Part shown: positions 57,670 through 64,000 of the stretch, one piece after another
Layout: the number at the start of each line of letters is the position of its first letter
Numbering within the stretch: the stretch's first letter is position 1
Source of the DNA: Bacillota bacterium
GTDB taxonomy: Bacteria > Bacillota_I > Bacilli_A > RF39 > UBA660
Assembly (NCBI GenBank): GCA_015059375.1
Contig: SVAN01000001.1
Coordinates: 20,179-84,178, forward strand
Direction: 5' to 3'
DNA: 64,000 nucleotides
Made by a program: the position numbers and the translations under genes
Notes under the pieces: model-generated
What the model saw: only the letters and a program-made list of their open reading frames with translations
Told to the model about the DNA's origin: nothing
The model's database searches: none

Positions 57670-59640
57670 ATGAAAAAAATAAGTTTGTTATTAGTTTATG
57701 TATTAAGTTTTATATACATGGAATTTTTGTATCGTATTTTAGTAATGGATAGCGTTTTTCGACTTACCAATATTAATATGATTGCATTTATTTTGTTTTT
57801 TGCACTATTAATGTACATATTTTCTAAAGTATTTAGAGAAAAAGGAAATAAAATCGTTTTTTATACATTGATGGCAATAATTGGCTTATGGTTTTCTGCT
57901 CAGTTTGTTGTTAAATCATTTTTTGATTTTTATATTTCTTTTTCGATTTTACAAATTGCTGATCAGGTTGGAGATTTCTTAGATAAAGCCGTAGTGGAAA
58001 CCTTAAAAAGACTTTGGGGAATTGCTCTTATGTATTTACCTCTTATTATGGCCGTAATCTTTCGCAAAAAAATTAATTTTAAGCAACACAAACCAGCGAA
58101 AACTATTTTACTTTTAGGTATTTCTTGTTTGGCCTTTGGTCTTTACTATGCAAGCTTATATCTAAATAAAAATGCTGACTATTCTCCGTACGAACTATAT
58201 CATCATATAAATAATCCGTCTCTTAATATGGAAAAAGTTGGGGTTTTAAATACTTTTTGTCTTGATACATATCGTTTAATATTTGGTTTCGAAGAAAAAT
58301 TAATTCTTAATCAGGAAGTAGTTCCAAAAGAGCCGCTTCCTGAAGAAATAGTATATGAAGCTAATAAATTAGATATAGATTTAGAAAAATTAAAAAATGA
58401 AACTAAAGATCAAACGATTAAAACAATGACTGAATACTTTGAAAATGATTTAGGTACTTTGCAAAATCAATATACAGGTATGTTTAAAGGAAAAAATTTA
58501 ATACTAATAATGGCAGAAAGTTTTAATGAAATTGCTGTCAGGGAAGATACGACGCCAACAATCTATAAAATGGCTAATGAAAGTTTTGTTTTCGATAATT
58601 TTTATTCGCCGACAATTTATAGTACAATTGGGGGAGAATTTCAATATTTAACGGGACTGTATGCTAATTTTACATCACTTTCTCAATTTAGAGGTGGAAA
58701 AAATTCATTCCCAATGGGAATAGCTCATCTTTTCGAAAGTGAAGGCTATAAAACTTTTGCTTATCATAATAACTCTTATGCTTTTCAAAATCGGGATACA
58801 TATTTAAAAGGATTAGGTTTTGATAATTTTAAAGGTTGTTATAACGGCATGGAAAAATTAATTAACTGTAAGCAATGGCCTCAGAGTGATGTAGAGATGA
58901 TTGAGACAACCTATCTAGATTATATCAATTCTGAAGATCCATTTATGGTCTTTTATGCATCGGTATCTGGTCATGCAGGATATTCTTGGGGCGGAAATGC
59001 AATGTCAAGAAAACATCGCGCTGAAATCGAGGCATTAAATCTTCCATATAGTGAAGGTGTACTTGCTTATTTAGCGGCCCAAATGGAATTTGATAGGGCA
59101 CTTGAACTTTTAGTTAATAAACTAAAGGAAGCAGGTAAGCTTGAGGATACTGTTATAGCTTTTGTCGGAGATCACTATCCATATGAACTTACTGCAGCTC
59201 AGGTTAATGAAGCTGCAAGTTATGAAAAAGATGCAACGGTCGAAATTAACCGGAGTAAATTTGTATTATGGAACCCTAATGTTGAAACAACACATATTGC
59301 GAAAGTCGGTAGTCAAATTGATGTTTTACCAACAATTTATAACATTTTTGGGCTTAAATATGATTCACGATTAATTATTGGTAAAGATATATTATCAAAT
59401 GAAATGGGCCTTGCAATGTTTGGTGATAATTCTTGGGTATCTGATAAGGGAACTTATTTTGCTTCTTCGGGAAAATTTGTTCCAAAAGTAGAAGTTAATG
59501 AAGATTATGTTAAAACAATGAATCAAATTGTTCGAAATAAAATTACGATGAGTAAGTATATAATGGATAAAAATTATTATAAGATTGCGTGGGATTATAG
59601 AATATGGGAGCAATTGCCGGAGGAAAATCAAATCAATTAA
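57670..59640 (+). CDS. LTA-synthase (LtaS)-family polyglycerolphosphate transferase / sulfatase-superfamily membrane enzyme
   Basis: Five N-terminal TM, then an extracellular alkaline-phosphatase-like domain (…NLILIMAESFNE…, …FDNFYSPTIYSTIGGEF…, …GDHYPYEL…). Confidence 0.7.
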   Translation: MKKISLLLVYVLSFIYMEFLYRILVMDSVFRLTNINMIAFILFFALLMYIFSKVFREKGNKIVFYTLMAIIGLWFSAQFVVKSFFDFYISFSILQIADQVGDFLDKAVVETLKRLWGIALMYLPLIMAVIFRKKINFKQHKPAKTILLLGISCLAFGLYYASLYLNKNADYSPYELYHHINNPSLNMEKVGVLNTFCLDTYRLIFGFEEKLILNQEVVPKEPLPEEIVYEANKLDIDLEKLKNETKDQTIKTMTEYFENDLGTLQNQYTGMFKGKNLILIMAESFNEIAVREDTTPTIYKMANESFVFDNFYSPTIYSTIGGEFQYLTGLYANFTSLSQFRGGKNSFPMGIAHLFESEGYKTFAYHNNSYAFQNRDTYLKGLGFDNFKGCYNGMEKLINCKQWPQSDVEMIETTYLDYINSEDPFMVFYASVSGHAGYSWGGNAMSRKHRAEIEALNLPYSEGVLAYLAAQMEFDRALELLVNKLKEAGKLEDTVIAFVGDHYPYELTAAQVNEAASYEKDATVEINRSKFVLWNPNVETTHIAKVGSQIDVLPTIYNIFGLKYDSRLIIGKDILSNEMGLAMFGDNSWVSDKGTYFASSGKFVPKVEVNEDYVKTMNQIVRNKITMSKYIMDKNYYKIAWDYRIWEQLPEENQIN

Positions 59641-61277
59641 ATGTTCAAAAAATAGCAGCAATAATGAGCTATTATGGAAGTAATATTAATGAGTTTTCTG
59701 ACGATAACTTTCATCTTGGACAAATTAGTGATAAGGATAATTTTTATGAAGATGATAAATATGTAATTATATCGACAGGAGATTTATTACCTAAAGATTT
59801 TCTTGAAAGATATAAAAAAGAAAAAGAGGATTCTTTTATTAGTTTAAAAGGATCTTTTTCAATTGCAATATATGAAAAAGTAACTAAAAAAATAATTTTA
59901 GTTACCGATAAATTTGGCACTAATAGTCTTTTTTATACCAAAGATAATTTTTGTTTTGCAACGGAAATTAAGGGAATTTTAGCAAATGGATATCCAAAAG
60001 AACTCAATCTAAATATTTTAAAAGATTATTTTTTATATTTGACTAATCCTCATGAAGAAACTATTTTCAAAGGTATTTATCGTGTTCCGGCAGGGTGTTA
60101 TGTCGTTATCAAGGAAGATATTGAGGTATTTAGATATTACACTTTTACCTTTAAAGACTTAATTTATGATGAAAATGAAGTATTTGAAAAGTTAAATCAA
60201 AGTATTTTAGATAGTTTTCAAATGCAGAAAAATACAGCTTCGTTTTTATCAAGTGGGATTGATTCTTCATTAATTACTACACTATGTAAAGTCAAGGATA
60301 CTTATACAGTTGCATATCATGAAAAAGAATATAGTGAAAGCTATTTTACATCTGTTTTGTGTAATTATTTAAAAATAGAAAATAATATAGTTACTTTAAG
60401 TAAAAGAGAGTTTTTAAAAGCTATTCCTATTATCCAAAAAGCTTTAGATGAACCTTGTTTAGATCCAGCGGTTGTTTCTCTTTATTTTGGGGCTAAAGAA
60501 GCAAGCAAAAAATATAAAAAGGTTTTTTCTGGTGAAGGCGCTGATGAACTTTTTGGGGGATATAATACTTATCTTGATACGGTTAAATATCCAAAATATA
60601 ATCATGTTCCTTTTCGGAAAGTGATTACCAAAATGCTATTATTGTTTCCGGAAGTAAAAGGAATTAATTTTTTACTACGAAGGATTTGTAATGTTGAAGA
60701 TTATTATACCGGAGTATCAAGAATTTTTAATGAACATACTTTAAATAAACTTTTGAAGGTGAAAGGAAAAAGTCATATTTCTCAAATTAATGAAGTTATT
60801 GCTGGTGAAGAAGATATTTTACACCAAAAGCAAATTGTTGATTTAAAATTTTGGCTACATGCTGAAATTTCTGCGACTAAAAGAATGGGTGCTATTAACC
60901 ATCTAGAAGTTATAATGCCATTTTTAAGTGAGGAAGTAGTAGAGATTGCTTCTGCGATTCCATCTTCCTTTAAAATTAATGGGAATACAACTAAAGCAAT
61001 TTTAAGGAAGATAGTAGAAATGTATCTTCCGGAAGATTATTATCAAAATAAAAAACTGGGTTTTCCAGTTCCTTTTCGCAAATGGATATGTACAAAAGAG
61101 TATTATAATGAATTCCTTAAAGTTTTTAGTAGTAATGATGCTAAAAAATTCTTTAATCAGAAAAGACTTTTAAAAATGTTAAATTATACCTATGAACAAA
61201 AGAAGGATTATTCAAAAGTGTTATACAGCATTTATGCTTTTTTAATTTGGTATCAAGAAGTCTTTAAACTCACTTGA
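59604..61277 (+). CDS. asparagine-synthetase-B-like amidotransferase with degenerate N-terminal glutaminase domain (catalytic Cys2 replaced: MGAIAG…)
   Basis: C-terminal PP-loop SSGIDSS and AsnB-like N-terminal domain topology (…LKGSFSIAIYEK…LVTDKFGTNSLFY…), but the MCGI nucleophile is absent. Confidence 0.6.
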   Translation: MGAIAGGKSNQLNVQKIAAIMSYYGSNINEFSDDNFHLGQISDKDNFYEDDKYVIISTGDLLPKDFLERYKKEKEDSFISLKGSFSIAIYEKVTKKIILVTDKFGTNSLFYTKDNFCFATEIKGILANGYPKELNLNILKDYFLYLTNPHEETIFKGIYRVPAGCYVVIKEDIEVFRYYTFTFKDLIYDENEVFEKLNQSILDSFQMQKNTASFLSSGIDSSLITTLCKVKDTYTVAYHEKEYSESYFTSVLCNYLKIENNIVTLSKREFLKAIPIIQKALDEPCLDPAVVSLYFGAKEASKKYKKVFSGEGADELFGGYNTYLDTVKYPKYNHVPFRKVITKMLLLFPEVKGINFLLRRICNVEDYYTGVSRIFNEHTLNKLLKVKGKSHISQINEVIAGEEDILHQKQIVDLKFWLHAEISATKRMGAINHLEVIMPFLSEEVVEIASAIPSSFKINGNTTKAILRKIVEMYLPEDYYQNKKLGFPVPFRKWICTKEYYNEFLKVFSSNDAKKFFNQKRLLKMLNYTYEQKKDYSKVLYSIYAFLIWYQEVFKLT

Positions 61278-61340
61278 ACTTTTATATGTTTTAAGATAAA
61301 ATGAATATATAGTAGATAAAAATAATAGTGGTGAGGTTAT

Positions 61341-64000
61341 ATGGATAAAGCAAAAAACAGGAAAACATATTATATATTGTCAATTGCTATACTTTTAATT
61401 GCGGTAATTGGCTTTTCTTTTGCGTATTTTTTAGGAACGTTTACTAATACGGCGGGAATAGATGTTAGTTTAAGATTTGATGATTATATTTTTGAAACAT
61501 CACATGATGTTGATGAAGTAGAATTAAATATAGATGCTCTTTCGATGTTTGGCCAAGAAGAAGATGTTTTAGTGGGAAGCGCCGATCAAAAGATAAATTT
61601 TTCTTTAACAAATCTTGACGGCCAAGCAAGAGTATGTACTTATGATTTATTATGGGTTTGGGATTCAGCATTTGATCAATACAATATTTCTCAATCAGGG
61701 ATTAAAGAATTTACCATAACAGCAGGAGGACCAGAAACCCAGCTTCCTAATTATTCATCAAATGAAACTGTGATTTCATCAGGAACAATAGCGGCTGTTA
61801 GTGAAGGCTATGAATCTGTTAAAACCGAAAATATAACTTTAAAATTTTATAATTTAGCAAATGTTGACCAAGCAATTCATGCCGGTAAAAACTATAAAGG
61901 AACAGTTAAGGTAGGAAATGTATTGTGTGAAACTGTCGAAGGAATGGAAAAACTTTCGGATACTGTTCTTGCTTTGGAAAGTAATGATGATTATACGTCA
62001 AAAGATGATGGTACAATATACCGAGTAGCAAATCAAAATGGTGTAAGATACGAAGGCGCAAACCCAGATAATTATGTTGAGTATAATGGTGAACTATGGC
62101 GTATAATTGGTACATTTAATGGCTCAGATATGAATCTTGATCCCAATAAAGAGTATACAAAGATAATAAAAGCAACTCCAATAGGGAAATATTACTGGGA
62201 TACTGGTGGCAAAAACGATTGGGAAAATGCAAGCTTAAATACATATTTAAATGGCGAATATTTTGCATCTCTTTCTGAAAAAGCACAATCGATGGTAGCA
62301 AAATATAATGGCGAGTATTCATTATGGCATTTAAGAGGAACTAATCATAGTACATATCAAACTTTATATGCATCAGGTTGGTATGATATAGAGAGAACTA
62401 CCGGTATTGCTGGTTATAAGGATGGTGTATATAATAAAGCCTCTCCTGAAAAAACAGCAGCGATAGGTCTTATGTACCCGAGCGATTATGGATATGCAGC
62501 CTATGGAAGTACATGTAACAATGAAAGTACAGAAACATTAAATTCTTATTCCGGAGTTTGTTCAGCAGTAGACTGGCTAATGTATCTAGATAGTACAGGA
62601 GTATATAAAAACGAATGGATGATAACTCCGTATTCGGCAAGTGCATATGAAGCATATTATCTTGGAGTACAATATGCTAATGGAAGCCTTGTTTATTATA
62701 GAGTTAATGATGCTAGTTTGGCAGTGCGTCCAACATTATATTTAGATGCTGAAGTTTACCAATATGATGGTGATGGTTCAGAGGATGATCCATATAAACT
62801 TGTTAGAGTAACCGAAATAAAGACGCTTTCTGATACAGTGTTAGCACTTGAAAGAAACGAAGATTATACCTCAAATCAAGATGGCTCTATTTACCGAGTA
62901 GTAGACCAAAATGGTGTGAGATATGAAGGTAAAAACCCTGATAATTATGTGTATTATAATTGCACAGATGAATCGGATACTTCCACATGTGAATTATGGC
63001 GAATTATTGGTACATTTAATGGTTCAGATATGAACCTTGATCCAAATAAAAAATATACCAAAATAGTAAGAAGTACACAACTAGAAACAAATATGGCATG
63101 GAATAGTACATCACCATATGAAAATGACTGGGTGAGATCAACACTAAATGCGTACTTAAATGGAGAGTACTTAGGCAAGCTATCAACAACTGCTCAAGGG
63201 CAAATTGCAAAATATAATAATAAATATTCGCTATGGCATTTAAGGGGAGCAGATTTCGATAGCGACACGCCTGAAACCCTATATGCAGCAGGATGGTATG
63301 ATATCGAAAGAAATACAGGTACTTCGGGATATCGAAATGGTATCGAAGGAGCCGCAGATGCCGCAAAAGAATATGCAATAGGACTAATGTATCCAAGTGA
63401 TTATGGATATGCAGCATATGGAAGTTCGTGTAATAATGAAAATACAGAATCGTTATATGAGTATAAAGTATGTGCAGCAGTGGATTGGTTAGTCGACTCG
63501 GGCTACTCGGGATGGGTAATATCTCCGGGTCCCGGTTACGACTCTGCTTTCTATGTGGCTGGCGGCGATGGTGGGTATGTCTATATCGAAAACGTCCGCT
63601 ACGAGCAGTCGGTTCGTCCTACGTTATATTTGGAAGCAGATGTTTTAGTAAAAGATGGAAATGGCTCCGAAGATAGCCCATACGAACTTTATTATGAAGC
63701 TCCGCCAATGACTTTATCAGATACAGTTCTTGCTTTAGAAAGTGAAAATGATTATACCTCAAGTCAAGATGGTTCTATTTATCGAGTAGTAAATCAAAAT
63801 GGGGTAAGGTACGAGGGTAAAAAACCTGATAATTATGTGTATTATAATTGCACAGATGAATCGGATACTTCTACATGTGAATTATGGCGAATTATTGGTA
63901 CATTTAATGGTTCGGATATGAACCTTAATCCAAGTAAGAAATATACCAAAATAGTAAGAAGTACACCGCTAGAAACAGAAATGGTATGGGATGCCGATGG
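61341..64000 (+). CDS. large signal-anchored tandem-repeat surface protein (≥886 aa; 3' end beyond window). Three ~290-aa Tyr/Cys-containing repeats
   Basis: GGTGAGG RBS then ATG. Translation stays open to the window edge, so it is missing from the stop-delimited ORF track. N-terminal TM (ILSIAILLIAVIGFSFAYFLG). Repeat units begin at ~61948, ~62817 and ~63712 with LSDTVLALE..DYTS..DG.IYRV..QNGVRYEG.NPDNYV.YN…ELWRIIGTFNGSDMNL.P.K.YTKI…. Confidence 0.6.
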   Translation, partial: MDKAKNRKTYYILSIAILLIAVIGFSFAYFLGTFTNTAGIDVSLRFDDYIFETSHDVDEVELNIDALSMFGQEEDVLVGSADQKINFSLTNLDGQARVCTYDLLWVWDSAFDQYNISQSGIKEFTITAGGPETQLPNYSSNETVISSGTIAAVSEGYESVKTENITLKFYNLANVDQAIHAGKNYKGTVKVGNVLCETVEGMEKLSDTVLALESNDDYTSKDDGTIYRVANQNGVRYEGANPDNYVEYNGELWRIIGTFNGSDMNLDPNKEYTKIIKATPIGKYYWDTGGKNDWENASLNTYLNGEYFASLSEKAQSMVAKYNGEYSLWHLRGTNHSTYQTLYASGWYDIERTTGIAGYKDGVYNKASPEKTAAIGLMYPSDYGYAAYGSTCNNESTETLNSYSGVCSAVDWLMYLDSTGVYKNEWMITPYSASAYEAYYLGVQYANGSLVYYRVNDASLAVRPTLYLDAEVYQYDGDGSEDDPYKLVRVTEIKTLSDTVLALERNEDYTSNQDGSIYRVVDQNGVRYEGKNPDNYVYYNCTDESDTSTCELWRIIGTFNGSDMNLDPNKKYTKIVRSTQLETNMAWNSTSPYENDWVRSTLNAYLNGEYLGKLSTTAQGQIAKYNNKYSLWHLRGADFDSDTPETLYAAGWYDIERNTGTSGYRNGIEGAADAAKEYAIGLMYPSDYGYAAYGSSCNNENTESLYEYKVCAAVDWLVDSGYSGWVISPGPGYDSAFYVAGGDGGYVYIENVRYEQSVRPTLYLEADVLVKDGNGSEDSPYELYYEAPPMTLSDTVLALESENDYTSSQDGSIYRVVNQNGVRYEGKKPDNYVYYNCTDESDTSTCELWRIIGTFNGSDMNLNPSKKYTKIVRSTPLETEMVWDAD

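Noticed and set aside
61465-63676. Short ORFs overlapping the giant repeat-protein gene (minus-strand 61465-63417 set; plus-strand 63470-63676 'MCSSGLVSRLG…')
   Set aside because: They are alternative-frame or antisense readings of the long open frame 61341->64000. The 63470-63676 ORF exists only because the GC-rich patch removes stop codons in an off frame.

Overview
This is a ~30% GC window in standard genetic code (long ORFs contain in-frame TGA stops, so not Mollicutes code 4) from a peptidoglycan-containing, endospore-forming Firmicute; murG, murB and divIB show the wall, and spoIIIAH, gerE, a GerM-like gene, yqfC/yqfD and spoIIP show sporulation. Several blocks are syntenic with Bacillus subtilis: rpsU-yqeY…yqfC-yqfD-ybeY-dgkA-era-yqzL-recO; rpsT/spoIIP-yqxA-lepA-hemW; cdsA-rseP; rpsB-tsf…frr; ftsK; queA…tgt. 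The rest is mostly housekeeping (tdk, T-box-glyQS, sepF, divIVA, tmcAL, miaA, pyk, queH, trmL, ABC-F, nitroreductase, galE, tex), five tRNAs, and several terminators and sigma-A-like promoters.

The most interesting region is 2163-4930. It holds a C39-peptidase ABC exporter, a small membrane accessory protein, and two short ORFs missing from the ORF track (4618-4767 and 4772-4930). Both encode double-glycine-leader peptides with a shared leader motif, which looks like an undescribed two-peptide (class IIb-like) bacteriocin operon inserted between spoIIIAH and rpsU.

Other items worth a second look:
- an orphan spoIIIAH-gerE-gerM cluster;
- a tandem-duplicated SpoIIID-like regulator between lepA and hemW;
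- three paralogous membrane-anchored thioredoxin-fold proteins around frr (only one keeps CxxC);
- a small-gene islet around tRNA-Ile2/tRNA-Leu with tandem consensus promoters;
- an LtaS-like gene followed by an AsnB-like gene lacking the catalytic Cys;
- a giant tandem-repeat surface protein running off the 3' end, with near-identical repeat segments and an anomalous GC-rich recoded patch.
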